A DNA stretch of 59,782 nt, counting the filler, from Sphacelaria rigidula (lineage: Eukaryota): the NCBI GenBank assembly GCA_964200075.2. It is 7 parts of 7 records of this genome, joined end to end, with 100 filler letters (N's around TTAATTAATTAA, not from the genome) between each part and the next. Parts side by side here need not be neighbours in the genome. Positions count along the whole stretch, not along the records: positions 1 to 8,456 come from CAXNAA020011078.1; positions 8,557 to 17,012 come from CAXNAA020011079.1; 5 more parts are not named here. One strand, written 5' to 3'. Numbering within the stretch: position 1 is the stretch's first letter; every line of letters starts with the position of its first letter. Below, piece by piece: positions 1 through 14,178 of the stretch. A program made the translations under genes and the position numbers. The notes beneath the pieces were generated by a model. The model had not been told where the DNA came from. It did no database searches and was given only the letters and a program-made list of their open reading frames with translations.

Positions 1-3000
1 CGCGCCTCTGTGCGCTAAAAAACATGTAGAAAAAATAGGGCAATGTTCCCGTCACCGCTACTACCGCAGACTCCCAACTTGAAGCTCTACCTTGAATCCT
101 TCATAATGGCGGATTGCGGGAGAGAACAAGCGGGGCGAATACATCAGCCACGGTTGTTGGTGCACTCACACACTCGACCTACACTAATTGACAGGAAGAG
201 TGGACGTGAAGGTACGCCGAGTAGTATTACTTTATGGGAAGTTCTACATAAAATAGACGTAGGCCGTATGACACCTCACATGCCAGATTGTCATCCGACA
301 GCCCACGCAAACACAGGTAGTAGTGCCGAAACCGATTCCTACGAATGGAAATGGTGTATCTTTCTGGAAGCTTTGCATCGATAGGCGTGAGTGAGTAGGC
401 CCGAGTGTCGCTGTTGACGCCACTGAGACGAGACACTCAGATGACTCCAAGCACGCGGATTTGGACACATCGGCCCTCGAAGGGCAACCGTACGGGGAGG
501 GCGGGGGGAAAGAAGCACATGTTCACTGATTGCACATCAGGGCGCGCTGTGCCATGCAATCGCCTAGAACGAAATCTTGGGAACCTCTCTGACTCGGGAT
601 TCAACAAACAGGTAAACACCGTTAGTCCCGAACTGTTAGTCCGTGCTGATCGTGAAGGTCACCGCGCTGACACCGTATCGTCACTCATCTTTCTACAAAT
701 CTCGTGCTAAATTCAGATACAACTGATGCAGCAGGAAATCAGCTGTAATTGTTTATTGTGCTCCACCACACTCATGACCTACGGTATCAGATACTGTAGC
801 GTATAAATCAAGCAAGGCACTGTGCGAAAAAGAATACACGATGACTATTCGTTTCCGAGCTTGAGAGGCCAGCGCCAAGAAGGACCACAAAATCAATCCG
901 ATCATAAATGGTGCTTCCTTCGTTTGAAAGATGAAAATTCAAGCATGCAAGATAAGATCAGCGCCTGATTGAGTCAGACAGTATTGCAAGCTACAACTAT
1001 TTTATTTTTGTACTTTCGCCAGCCCGTCACACTTCGGTATGTGGACGACATTTATTTGTACTATCGCTCATGCACCCAACCTGCCGGTAGTGCTGCCTCC
1101 GGCAATCAAGATATTTCAACAGGCTCGCTGCTCAATTGATCAATCGATTTGTTTCTTGTAGGGAGTCCCCCCCCGCCCTCCACCTAACCGCGAGGTCAAA
1201 GGCCTTGGGACTACGGCATGCAAGATCATGACAACACCCCCCCTATCCCGCCTCTCGGCTAAACCACTCAACTCACTCTTGGTGCGTGCGTCAGCGACTG
1301 TATGGAGCTTCACATACATGTAATCATCCCTTCGAAGAATTCCTTCCGAAAGAAACCATGCATGCCGTCGTCACTCATCATGCACTCTATTCTCGACACT
1401 AATGCTGTCCTCCGGTCAGCGACATTGGAGATGATGTCGCAGCTGCTGCCTCTCATATTCTATAAAGAGAGTCTCCTCGTCGTTACAAAGTGCCCTGTGT
1501 CCTACCAGTATTACTATATACAATTATATCAGGGAAACGTATCCACTGAACTGCGAGAGAGACCCATGTGATACGCAATTCCTCCCTAGGTGGTCGAGAA
1601 CAGGAAACTCGGGGCGACAAGAAGCTATATCTCCTTCAAATTCCTCTTGCATCAGCTTTTCCGGAGACGATGGAATCGATAATTCGGACTTTTCCGTCCC
1701 AAAAGACTGGGTGACGTCAGCCGAAAAACCAACGACTTGAAATCTTGCCGTCTTTCGTTCGGCCAACCGGAAAGTAGGTACAGTTTCACCCTCTATTTCC
1801 ACGCATTGCTGCTTCCGACCACATACACCACGTCTGTTCCAATTGTACCTTAAATCATCCATCAAATGTAATGAGTTCAGGCCCATTCATTCGAACGCAG
1901 CAAATTTAATCTGCCTTGATTCAACAATCCAACTCCAACATCGAAGATCATGCACGAATCACCGTTGGGCGCATTTCATCCGCACAACAAGAACACCCGA
2001 CACGTATCAATCGTATAACAAAAACACATACACACACGAGCACCCGAGCAGCGCAAAAAAAGAAAAAGAAGACGCAAATGCGCAAAACCCCACCGTCAAC
2101 CCGACTCGATGAGACGCTCTTTCCCCGCACACACCAACACAACAACACGCAGATAGAAGTGCGTTGAGACGTATCTCGGTCGGACATATCGTATCGACGC
2201 ATAAACGCCGAGTGTCGACGGAACAATCGAGGGGGTTTGAAAGGGAACATTCCTAGAAAAAAACTGATTAATTTCCTCGCAAAATGAATGTACAAGAAAA
2301 AATCTACGGCCGCGAAAAACTCGTCCGTTAAAAAATCGCTCCCTTCCTGGGTTAGACTTCACCAGTTTCTTTTTCAAAGTTTCACGTACTCTCGAATGCC
2401 GCCGCATCCTAATACCCCCGGCGGAGGTAGGGGTGTATGAACATAGCGGGGTTATATCGCGCGGATAAGCCAATACGGGAAAGAAACAGGCGGGAAAAGA
2501 AATAAACAATCCCGCTTGTCTCAAGGGTAAGGGAGTGACGTCCAGACACACATAGAGGATGCCCACCGATGGATAACTGCGACGTCAACGGCGCTGGGAC
2601 AGACGATGCGGACACCCATTTTACTTCTTAATCGATGAAACAGCACCGAATCAGCAGTCGTGTACAACAAGCGCACAAACCCCAACACTATCAACACCAA
2701 TCATAAGCAACATAGTCAAGACTGGAAACAACAACAGCGATAAAAAACAGCAATGACAACAACAACGGCGCAATACACATCACGACACATCACTCATAAC
2801 GCTCAAGGGAGGATCGGGGTCATCTCGCCTCAGCAACGCTTCGAGTAAGTGCTCTCTCTCCTACTTCCCCTTGAGACGGTAAAACCACTTACTACCGTCA
2901 CCCCCTCAAGTACTTGAAAAAGACAACTCAGGGACAACAGACACATCTCTTGGTCCGTTGGTTAACCTACTCCCAAAATCCACCGGAGAGGTTGAAAACA

Positions 3001-3470
3001 AAACAAAGAAAAGGTATCGGTGAACATGCATATCCTGCTGAACAAACAAACCCGTGAGGTGGACTAACTTAACGCCGAAGTTTCACGTGCGGGGCAAATC
3101 CTCCCGGTAACTTTTTACGGGACAATTCGCGGAACGATTCAGTCGAAGAGCCCTTCCGCCTCCCACAGATCCACCAGAAGGTCGATCATCTGAGGAAGGG
3201 GCACAGCCTGCGGCAGATTCCCTGGACTGCCTCTGCCCGAGAAAAGGTCATCGATCACTTCGTCCACATCCATGGTACACGCTCGAGCCCTGTGATTTTC
3301 ATTTTGAGCAAAACAAAATACAAAAAAATAAATAAATGCCCTGTGAATATGTGTATACTGTGTACTGTACGTACAAGTGTTGAAATGGCATGCTCAAGCC
3401 CTGCGATCGACCTTCAACAAAGAAAGCATGAAAAATAAAAATGCAGTGACATCGACAGAAGAAGATGAAA

Positions 3471-5680
3471 GGGGGGTACTGTATACCCACCCCATTTTCA
3501 GTCAAAAAAGGTACGTGCGGAAAACAGGTCAGGGCGATATGTCGGCGTGTGCCCTTACCTGTCTCAAATAGAATTTTGATCACGCGCTGGCATGACGCTC
3601 AAAGCCCACGCAGAGCACGGATATGTGTTGGGGGCTACCAGTGCACGTGTTGGGGGCTAAAAGTGCCGCGGCGCCGGGGGGTGTTGATGAAGACCCCATT
3701 TTATCCCCAATTTGGCGGGATAAGCCCTCGCATCTCTACGAAGGAGATGGCTGACCCCCATTTTGTCTACTTCGTGACGCTCCGAAAGTCGGTCGAGGCG
3801 TCACTTTTGTACCGCCGGACAAACCATGGAGGTAGCCCATGTTACATCAAACTGAAACGCGGAGCAAAAACCCACAGATCCAGACACGGGAAAGCTGGCG
3901 AGTGTCAAGATGCGTTGAGACGTGCCGCTCAACCAATGGTCCCGACATGGCATAGCTTGTGTGCACAATGGTTGAAACCCGGGGCACAACCAAATATCCA
4001 GACATGCCCACAGCTTTGTGCGTAGACCCGGGGTAGCGTAGGTGTGGGTGATGCAGTTTGCTGCTGTGTTGACACCACGCGGCCGACGAGGAGACAGGGA
4101 TCTCGACGCCTGGGCTGCACCATGTAGAGGTAATTGCTTCGCAGAACACCTCTGGCGCGAGTGCTTCGGCGCCTGCGCCGATCAGGGTGAAGCGCGGTGC
4201 CAGAGGGGACACATTGGCTGATGCCCACCATCTCAGGGTAATATGTTTCATCCACATGTACACTGCGCGCAGTTTTCCCTCACACTCTGCTCCAAGTGAT
4301 CATCCACACTGCTTCGAAGGAAGAGTACTTGTATACAGTGTACAGGCGTGTAGGAAAGTCCACTCGGTTGTTGAGGACCTACACGGGACTGCTGAGCCCT
4401 TCTCACGATACAAATAAAGCCAAATGGTGCAGAAGGAAGGTGGGAGGACGCAGGGGCATCTCGCTTCTTTTTTTGTTTCCTCGCACTTTGAACCCCTCCC
4501 CTTCCTCGGGATGAGCCCGTGGTCTCAAGGGATCAACCCATCTCTCCCTCGGTACGTGCCTTTCATTTTGGTCTCGCGGATTGGATCAGCATTCCCGCAC
4601 CGCGTCAACTCACATCACACAAACTCAGTCGGCTACTTTGTTTACTCACGTTCTCACGCTCTCCACGTTGGACATCATACATTACGAAGAAAAAACCCAA
4701 CGCATCGGGAATCGAACCCCGTTCTCGCCACCCTAATGGCGACAGTCGGACCATTACACCACCGGGGCGCGGTTCTACCCCTCCAAATGCCCGAGAGCGT
4801 AAAGAAGGAGAGCTACACTAGGTGCACACTCCGCTCTCCGCGATCATGAGGCGTTCAAAAACTTTGCGGGGTCGTCGGCAGCAGCCAATGTGTCGCCTTC
4901 GACAATGCGCTTCACCCTGATCGGCGCAGGCGCCGAAGCACATGCACCAGGGGAAGTGTTCTGCGAAGCAGATTACCTCTACATGGTGCAGTCCAGGAGT
5001 CGAGACCGCTGTCTCCTCGTCGGCCGCTTGGTGTCAACACAGCAGCAAACTGTATCACCCACACCTACGCTACCCCGCGTCTACGCACGAAGCTGTGGCC
5101 ATGTCTGGATCTTTGGTTGTGCCCCGCGTTTCAACCATTGTGCGCACAAGCTATGTCATGTCTGGATCTTTGGTTGAGCGGCGCGTCTAAACGCATCTCT
5201 ACACTTACCAGCTTTCCCGTGTTTGAATCTTTGGTTTTTTACTCGACGTTTCAATTTCATATAACATGGGGCTTCATTGTGTGAGACCTCCATGGTCAGT
5301 CAGGCGGTGCAAAAGTGATGTGAGATGTGACTGCTGCTCGCCCGGGCTGTGCAAAAGTGACGCCTCGGCCGGCCTTCGGAGCGTCACGGAGTGTAGACAA
5401 AATTGGGGTAAAACATGACCTTGATAGAGATGCGAGGGCTTACCCCGCCAAATTGTGGACAAGAGGGGTATTCACCCTCCGGCGCCGCGGCATTTTTAGC
5501 CCCCAACACGTGCCCGGAACTAAAAAAACGATGTCCGAGCTCTGCATGGGTTGTGGGCGTCATGCCAGCGCGTCAAAAGTGAATTGTAGGCAGGCTACGG
5601 CACGCGTGGGTATGTCGCGCTGACCTGTATTCCTTATATCCACTTACGGCCGAAAATGGGGCGGGTATACAGTACCCCCC
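3471..5680. mobile_element. Large foldback element with ~750-800 bp diverged inverted arms
   Basis: Starts GGGGGGTACTGTATACCC (3471) and ends GGGTATACAGTACCCCCC (5680). Region 3471-~4225 is the reverse complement of ~4885-5680; ORFs 3929..4255(-) and 4890..5177(+) give near-identical peptides (YLYMVQ...VSTQQQT.SPTPTLPRVYA). No TSD or transposase recognised. Confidence 0.85.
4690..4768 (-). mobile_element. tRNA-derived Pol III element (SINE head or tRNA pseudogene)
   Basis: Minus strand reads GCCCCGG-TGGTGTAATGG (A box)...TCGCCA-ttaggg-TGGCGA stem...GGTTCGATTCC (B box), then a T6 run. The acceptor stem does not pair, so it is not a functional tRNA. Confidence 0.65.
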
Positions 5681-8456
5681 TGTGATTTTTGCCCAATAAA
5701 CAAGTACTGGTGGTAAGCCACGGCTGACGCACGTGGTAGCAGTGCCGCAAGTATCAAGCATCCCGCGGCCGGCCTGGGGTGCGTGGAGGTTTTGAACAAC
5801 AAGCGAAAAGCAAACTAATGGTCCTGGTATGAGAGCAGCATTTATAGTAGACGTGTTGACATGGGAACCGTTCATTCAAGGGTAAAACGCGACGAATCCA
5901 AGACTGTGAGCATGATGACGATTATGTCTTGTGATCCCGTCTATTTTGGACACCAGTCTACACCATCCGGTATATACGTGGACGCATCAGCCGGGGCCGC
6001 ACAGGAAGGAGCAAGGCCTGATGAGGATGATGAATCAGAAAAACGCCCAACGGAATTGATTTTTAGGGGGGGACCAGAGAGGAGAGACAAGACAGACGAA
6101 CAGGGACGGACATAGAGAGAGAAAAACAGACAGAGACAAGAGACAGACAAACAGGCAGGCAGACAAGACAAAGACATACCGAGACAGAAAGACAAAAAGA
6201 CGAAGATAGAGACAGAGAGAGATTGACTGATTGGCTAATTGTGGCACCTCACTCAATCTCCGAAGAACCCAGCTACGATGACAACAGAAACGTACTGTTT
6301 TCAAGGTGAGCGAAGCGAAAAGACTCGGACCAAGAGAAAAACACGACACAGACTAGACCACTTGATGAATTCTTCTGAGGACGTGAAACTGAATTCACAC
6401 GTGTGGGACCAAACATGACTTAACGCAGGATGTCCCGGGGGGTATCGTGCATTGGTTTTTACACGGTGAACAAAACTATGACACACATTTTTTCCCATTT
6501 TTTTTCAGGCCGCTTTGTGCGACAGAAAACCCAAAATATAACCACTGGTGAACGTGAGCGCCTTTTGAGCCTTTCCGCATCGTTATCGCCCCAAGGGAAG
6601 TACGGGCCACCCTTGCGGTTTCAGGTGGGTGAAGCTCCATTATTGGCCACACCCCCAACTTTTTCGGACAAGAGATTGATGCTTTGAATAAGCTCCGATT
6701 TTTAGGTCCGTTTCCGGACACCCGCGCTCAGGATTGATTAGTGGTTAAGACTCTTCAATCTGTTCCAAGGTTAGACGGCGCGCACCAGAAAGCGCGAAGG
6801 TACCCCCAAATCCTCTCGGCTTGCAGAGCAGTCACTTGGAGGTGTAAAAAACCCGCCCAGCGCTTTTCTGGCGCGAAACACGTCGTGCGCGGAGGGATAA
6901 AAAATGCTCTTCTTCTCCTAGAATGTCTCGCCGGAGTGTAAGCAGCGGGCGACGCCATGAGGCTCCAGGCGGTGACAGTTCAAGCACTCTCGGTTGAAGA
7001 TGATTTTTTCCTCGCGAGATCAATTGCAAAGTTGTTAGAAGATCGAAAATCCTCTTCTCCCGAAGGATGGGCCGAGTCAATATACGAATGCGCCACGTAG
7101 ATGAAGATGCAACGGTTACTATGGTAGAATAACTGCCCCAAGTGAATTAAAAAAGCTTCGAACATTTGACGAGGTTCGCTTGAGATTACCCATAAATGAG
7201 CCGCCTGCATGTAGTAGCATGTAACATCTGAGCATTGACTTTCAAAATTTGATAAGGCTCATTTGGGCCACCGATAAATGCACCGCCTGTATGTAGTAGC
7301 ATGTAACATCTGAGCCTTGATTTCAAACATTGGAAGAAGAAAATATATCGCCACGGACCGGGAGCACAATTCACCACGATCACCACCGCCACAACAGCAC
7401 AAAACGTCAACACTTCGTACCTTCGTCTGTACACCGGTGCACCCCCACCCGACCCGAGCCAAGCTTTACGATCCCTTTCCCACTGCAAAAGACCTGCCAT
7501 CAACACAAATGTATCATATTCAAGTGATCGACGGTGCAGCAACATGGTTGGTGAAGCTCCCCTGGCCAGAGGAGTCATGCTTTCACAGTATGCATGCTTG
7601 TCCGAGAATCTTTCATCCTTGGATCGCGGGTTTTGACCAAGTAGATGGGCTGCTAATGCGACGGTTCGTTCAAAAATCAAAGTTAATCATCGCGTAGGAA
7701 GGTGATCCTCCCGGAACAGCTTTCCAATCCGTCTTTCAAGTATCTTTCAACAATTCTCACGAAATCAGTAACGATTATAAGCGCACAAAGTTTAGCGAGC
7801 GGCAAAAACGGTGCGGAACCCCACATATCTTCAGTGCAGTACAGCGCATTGTAGCATGAATTCTGCCCTCGGCCCAAATGCTCTTTTTCATCATCACATG
7901 GCGTTGCCGAGTGTGGGACAGACGCGGGCGACAAGTACGTAGGAACATCGCCCACTCTGACGGGTCGCATACAACCACGCATTCTTTACCGCCTATTTCA
8001 TGCCGGAATGATGGTACGATGGTGATAATTATTCATGTGATGTCGACATGTGGTTAGGTGGAAAGCATCATCGTGATAGACGGTACGTATACCATAAACA
8101 AAACGATCTCATGGAAAAGCAGTACACCATACAACCGCACCTTCTATACCGTCCATGAAATGTGGAAATACGGTAAGCTGGACATAAATATCTCATCAAC
8201 AGTACGTGTGCTGTTATTTTGGGATACGCGGCGTGCTACTCCCTCCCACATCATCCTATCACAGGCACATACGCTATCGTGTGCGCATCAGCATATACGC
8301 ATCGGTCAATATTCCGTGGCATGAACGGTACCGTGTGCGCGCTACGCAGTGTGGTTCGCGACGCCGTTCCTCCCCCTACACATGGTGAGACACCCATGAG
8401 GCAGTGTTTAAGCCATGGCTGTCTCTGGAAGTGGCGATACCAGACAATAAAGCAAC

Positions 8457-8556
8457 NNNNNNNNNNNNNNNNNNNNNNNNNNNNNNNNNNNNNNNNNNNN
8501 TTAATTAATTAANNNNNNNNNNNNNNNNNNNNNNNNNNNNNNNNNNNNNNNNNNNN
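8457..8556. other. Artificial contig linker N44-TTAATTAATTAA-N44
   Basis: Identical 100-bp spacer with stops in all six frames, recurring every ~8.55 kb. Confidence 0.98.
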
Positions 8557-8989
8557 TTTTCAACCCCATTTTCGAAAATCGGCTGTTAGTTGTTGAGGCA
8601 ATCGCCGAAATTTTCACCAGCAAACTCTCCAGTGCCCTGTAAGTTGATATCGCTAGAAGGAGACTACCATAACCACCTTGCCAGCTGCCAGACTGTCAGG
8701 ACGTAGGATCCGCTAGCCTGCTGCTGTCTGTACGGGAATGTTGCCCCCTTTGTCAGGTTCGTTTTGGAGCATGATGCTAGATTATTTAGATCATCCTTGT
8801 ACACAAACTGAACGCTGGGGGTTCTTACTCATGACTTCGATTTGGAGGATGATACTAGGTAGGCAGCAGCAACTGCTGTGTCCAGGTGCCCCTTGGAGCA
8901 AGATGCATTCGGTTTCTGGTTGACAAGGTTATCCCCAAAAGAACGAAATCGACAAGGGTTCCAGAGCGAAAAAATCTAGGAAAACAATA

Positions 8990-9815
8990 CGAGCTGGGCC
9001 AGCCCAGAAACGGGTTTAACCTGGCAGAGCAATATCTCATCACCGGAAACGAATTGAGCCGTGATCCGCATATCGTATTAATCGTCGAATCAAGGGGAAG
9101 GTGCTCATCTACTAAAAAAAAATGGGCCCATATTTTCTCGTTGATTCAACCCCATATCTAGTAATTCCTATACCTAAGGGAGATATCACCAGTACTAAAA
9201 TCTCTATGAAACTCTCGATTTATGCATTTAGCCGATGGCGACGAAAATTGGGGTGGAGAACCGCAGGAAAGTGCCGAATAAAAAAAAATAGGCCTTCATT
9301 TTTTTTTTCACAGAGGCTAGGGCGTTCTCGTGAAGAAATGGTCTTTACCATACTAACACGCCCTAGACCAGTGGAAAAATGAGTGGAAAAAAATCTGGTC
9401 CACTGAGTTTTCTTATTCATGCTCTGGCGAGGGCCCCCACAAATTTTCATTACACAAAAACCAAACGTGGGCCGGTGAGTGGCTTGCGAAACACTGTTTC
9501 GAACTTCTACTGATCCGATTCTAAAAGCGAATGCGCTGGGCAATATTTAGAGTTGAACCCTGACATTTGGTATGGACAATGCACAGAGCATAATAAAAAA
9601 TCGGGGAGAAGCACATTAATTTTTTTTCCGAGTTACGGGCAGTAATCAGTTTTCAGGTTTCAGCAAAACTCCCGAAAAAAAAAATCATGTGCTTCTTCCC
9701 GATTTTTTATTGTGCCCCATGCATAATCCATACCAAATTTCAGGGTCTAACTCCAAATATTGGCCGGCGCATCCGTCTGCAAACTTTCATGCAGCCTCTA
9801 GGCTGGCCCAGCCTG
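8990..9815. mobile_element. Non-autonomous Tc1/mariner-like element (MITE)
   Basis: TA-CGAGCTGGGCCAGCC at 8988 and GGCTGGCCCAGCCTG-TA ending 9817 (TIR with TA flanks). Internal palindrome ~9535-9770, homologous to the element at 25236. Confidence 0.7.
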
Positions 9816-11364
9816 TATCGCAAAAATCAGGTTGCAGAAACGGAGTCGCAGAAAACCGGTTAGTCGAAGTTTTACCCGCAGCAGAAACCGAATACACTTC
9901 GTGAAATTGGAATACGACCAATAACTGCCATGAATGAAGGATAGAGAGTCGGAGGCAACTCGGTGAAAAGGTGACAAAAAAGTCCAGGGGGCGAAGGAAT
10001 GTGTCTGCCAGTTCCTCGCGAGTAGAGGGTCAAAATTTTAGGTCTTGGACTCAAGAAAGTGAGCAGTGTGTGAATGCAGAATCTTCGAGCCCTTGCGCAG
10101 CTCACCATGTAGTGAATCATGATCCTCGGTACGAGATGCAAAGAGCATCATGCGCGTGGAATGTCGAACATATGGCGCTTTACGAAGTACCTGTCTCTAT
10201 TCCGTCGCAGGCCGAGAAACTCGTGCTGTTCGGTTTCCTTTTTCGGCAGCAACATCGGTTCAACTACCAGAACACTTCAATTATAGTGTCAGTCGTGGCA
10301 GGCAGCCGCTCGGGCACACAAGAATCACGTCGTACTCAATATTTCCAAAACTACTGGGAGAGGGAAAATAGCCACCACTCGGGTGACTCACAACACGAGA
10401 ATCAGGACTGCTAATTAACCTACAAGCATGTTCAAAATACAAGGCGATGAAACACGAGAGCGGTAAACCCTTCCTGGCGTTTGGTCAAAACCGAGCTACA
10501 CGAGGGGAAACGGGGAAGTCAAAGTCAAACTACTCTACTGTAAGATGCTCTTTAATAAACGTAAGGTGTGCAATCATAGAGTCATCGTAGGCTCTCTTCC
10601 TCTACTGACGTCCGTAAAAAAACATGCCTGAAAACGCTATACACTGGACATCCCACCAGCCACGACCTGGAATGTTGATGCTGATGCTCTGACAACTATT
10701 GATCCGAATGCAAAGGAAAGGGAATGCGCCCAAGAGGCATTACCAACCGCCATCAACATTGAAAAAAATCCAATCGGACACTTTTTACGATAGCCCTCCC
10801 CCAAGAAGTGAATGGTTTTGGGAGGTGAAATATTCACGTGAATCGAGATGGGAAAAGCCGAACACAACGAGCAGCTGGGACTTCCCACGCTTGGGTTCGT
10901 TCTGGCCAATGTCGCCAACATGAGGCGCTTCACGCAGCCTGAACCCAAGCATCAGGCGTTGTATGGCCATTTTTTTCGTGACATTTTTGGGCTGGTTTTG
11001 GGGGGGAGCTATCGTAGAAAGTGTCATCGACGAAGAATAGTGAAAACCAGCGGCTGACCCCGTGCGCAGCTACAGCCTGGCTCAAGCAGCACACACCGTA
11101 GCTCCTGGTCAAGACAACCAACGCCACAAATAAAAACCACAGGTCAAAAATCGGCACACGCTTTCATGTGCTCAAGCGTGCCTGCAAAAAATCTACCCTG
11201 AACTACACCATAGATGATCACATGAAACATATACCCCATCTACCCCCCCGTTCCAACAAACGGGTCATCTCTGGACACAACGCCGACAGACTGGCGTCGC
11301 CATTGCTACCCCTGCAAATGCTAAAAAAAAAAAGACAGCGTCATCGAAACACGAAGAATAGAAC

Positions 11365-11809
11365 TCATCGTTCCACCGGCTCATACTTCCGCTCATGTCC
11401 CGAACCATTTTCCCCGTCCGATTCATAGTCTTCAGACCCCAGCCGTTCGTGCCGCCCAGCGCTGCCACCCACGCCCGGCAACAAGTCCGCACTCTCGCCT
11501 GCACGATGATACTGTAGTTGCGTTATGTCGGACACATCCCCTACCCCAAACTTGGAAAGGATGGCGCTCGCGGTCCCTGTGAGCCTACGCATGTCTTGTC
11601 GGATCAAGAAACCCACGAAGCTGATGTACAATATCCCCCCTATCGCGCTGGCGGCGTACAACCATGTTCGGGCTTCCGGCTCGACGCCCCCGTCCTCCAG
11701 CAAAAATCCTCCCACGATATACAGGTTGATCCCGATGATTGCCACGGAGACAAACCAAACGAACACGGACAGCGACGTGCGGATTGTGAACTCTCCCATT
11801 ATGTGCGGG
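11365..11809 (-). CDS. NRAMP: NRAMP/SLC11 divalent metal transporter, terminal exon
   Basis: Acceptor tacag|C after a pyrimidine tract; the phase-2 join gives ...TICN-S-PHIMGEFTIR...IIGINLYIV, two C-terminal TM helices and a stop at 11365. Confidence 0.9.
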
Positions 11810-13705
11810 CTGTACATGGCGGCGGTGGACCGGAAGAGGGAGAAGAAGGGGGGGAGGGAAGGGGAGGGGAACGGAGCGGTTGAGGGGTTCAGAGATCATC
11901 AAAATCTTGAATTTTGGTTGGCTACGGATTTAAATCGAGCGAAATGGTCACCTTCAGGTGTCATCTGACCACTTCTCGGACAATGTTGGGTACAGCTGAA
12001 GAAATGTGAAGTACACAGAGAAGGTATAACAGACAAAACAGGGTAGGTAGACTAAGAAAAGGAAGAAAATGGTACCAGAATTTCGATCGACAGCTATCAA
12101 ACGAAATCTACATGAACAAGGAGCCACTTTTTCTCCGCTTCTTGCCGCTCGCATTTCATACCCCGCCGATGTTGCACCTAGGGGACGAACCCCACAGACG
12201 CAAGGCCGCGGCAGAGCCATATTTTCGGCGCCCACGCTTGCTACTGCGCAAATGCCAAGAGCCGCTCATGCTGCGTCTTCGCCTCTAATATTCTAGTCTC
12301 GTGCTGCCCGCGTTCTCCTCCTTCCGTCCAAACTGGGGTCGGGAGATGAGTCACATTCCGTGGCCCCCCTAAACTGGTGACGACCTGTACAGGGACAACC
12401 AAGTGACCCTCTAGAACCGTACCGTGGGGGTGGCCAAAATGGGTTTGGATCCACAATTAAAAAAAAACATTACAAAGGATTCCGGCCAGTCGATTACAGA
12501 ATTTCAATGGAACCCGACCAGGATGCCAGCAGCTGCCCACCCGTTTGAATTTTCAATTCATCAGCCGTGTGATCACAAGTTTCTCTGACCTTCTCGTCAC
12601 TGTAATGTGCTGTCAATCGCTACTGCTGTTGTACTGTGCTGCGCTTCAAGTCTGCTGTGAGCCTAGTGCCGGAGATCAAACACATCATCAATCATCCCAC
12701 AGCGATTGCTCGCTTCCTCATGGTTAGAGTCGGGTGCTTGGACATGCACGGCGACCTCGCTTGCAATCTGTGTGCCCCTCTTTTCTCCTTTTTCTTCTTC
12801 GGAAACCGTACTACATTGCACACGCATCCGTTATAAGATATCGTGTCACATGGACAACTTGTACACCAATGCTTCGTCAATCCTTCGACTTCCACGGTGT
12901 ATCTTACGGATTCTGCAGATATGCCTCAAGCGAAGACAATGCCAGTTCAACAAACGGCCGACAACCGCGCTTCCCGTAAACCTCCGTCCAACTATTTTGC
13001 AAAGTATTACTCGGGGTTTTTCACTCCTCGCCCGATTCTTTGACGGAGCAGCAGGTACTCCTCAGCCCCATATACCTCAGCCAAACGTCCTACCCACTGT
13101 AGCTATGACTTCCTCAGAGATCTTCCTTCTCACCATGTGCCATAGCGTTCTACCATATCTTGTCTCCAAACCACCAGTACCTGCGACCTTCAATGCGGTT
13201 TCTCTGTGTGGCTTCTCTGAGCCCTCCTTTGTACTTGGTACAATTCCCTCAAAACCAAAACTTTGAGAGACATTTTTTCGGGGTAAAAAAATCGTCATCC
13301 GGGGATGTTACACTCAGCAATCTACGGTACACCGTCCTGAGGGTCTCTCGATTTCCTCACAACGTTGTCACGACTTATGCCTCTGACGATTCTCACGGTC
13401 TTCTTGTGCTTTAGTATCCCCTGCATCCGGAATTATAAGTTCGACCGCGCACATTTTTCCAGCAAGAGTTCTCGAAGACTAATGTAAGCTCGGCTCCCCC
13501 CTGTGAGTGCTACGCTTGCTCACGTCCCCGCACTACTGTTTCGTTTCGAGCACTTACCGTGTTGGTTGGGATACTATTCCCATATTCATCCTTGCATTTC
13601 TAGCGGCGGAAATCATTTAGCACTTTCCAATATGTTTTATGTTGATGTCTCGAGGTCCCGTCCGAATCATGCCGGGAAGAGGCAAGAATGGAGCAGATCG
13701 CATTC

Positions 13706-13739
13706 TATTATTATCATTATTATTATTATTATTATTATT
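13706..13739. repeat. (ATT)n microsatellite in NRAMP intron
   Basis: tattattatcattattattattattattatt. Confidence 0.9.
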
Positions 13740-14178
13740 TCGCACATTAGTCCGATCGCTCGAAATCGTGGTCACAGACGTAGGCTCGTCTTTCCAATAC
13801 CGTCCCTGCTATTCCTTACAAGACATAGAGTCCTCCATCGTTATAATTGAATACGCTGCACGAATGCCATCTTCGAAAAAAATTACAGTAGATTCACTCT
13901 TTCCCTGATGCGAGAGGTTCCAGAAACGCGCCTAGTCGACATTTTCAAAAAACATACCACTTCGAGCTGTTCCAGAACACACTACTGTTGTGAGAACTTC
14001 CTGCAACACACATTCAATTACGGTATCCCTCAAATTGCACACACCTAAACCCATCGCTGTTGAGGCGTAAGACATCAAACACAACAATTTACGCTCTAGA
14101 GATGAGTCGGGTTTTTTTCAACGCCTCCCCCTCCCCCCCCTCCAAAAAAGTAACAACACCAACGAATGACTGACAGAC

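Noticed and set aside
1300-3290. Viral or retroelement genes
   Set aside because: Short ORFs with no diagnostic motif; cannot be assigned without a database search.
4690-4768. Functional tRNA gene
   Set aside because: Acceptor stem does not pair and the anticodon loop is the wrong size; kept only as a tRNA-derived element.
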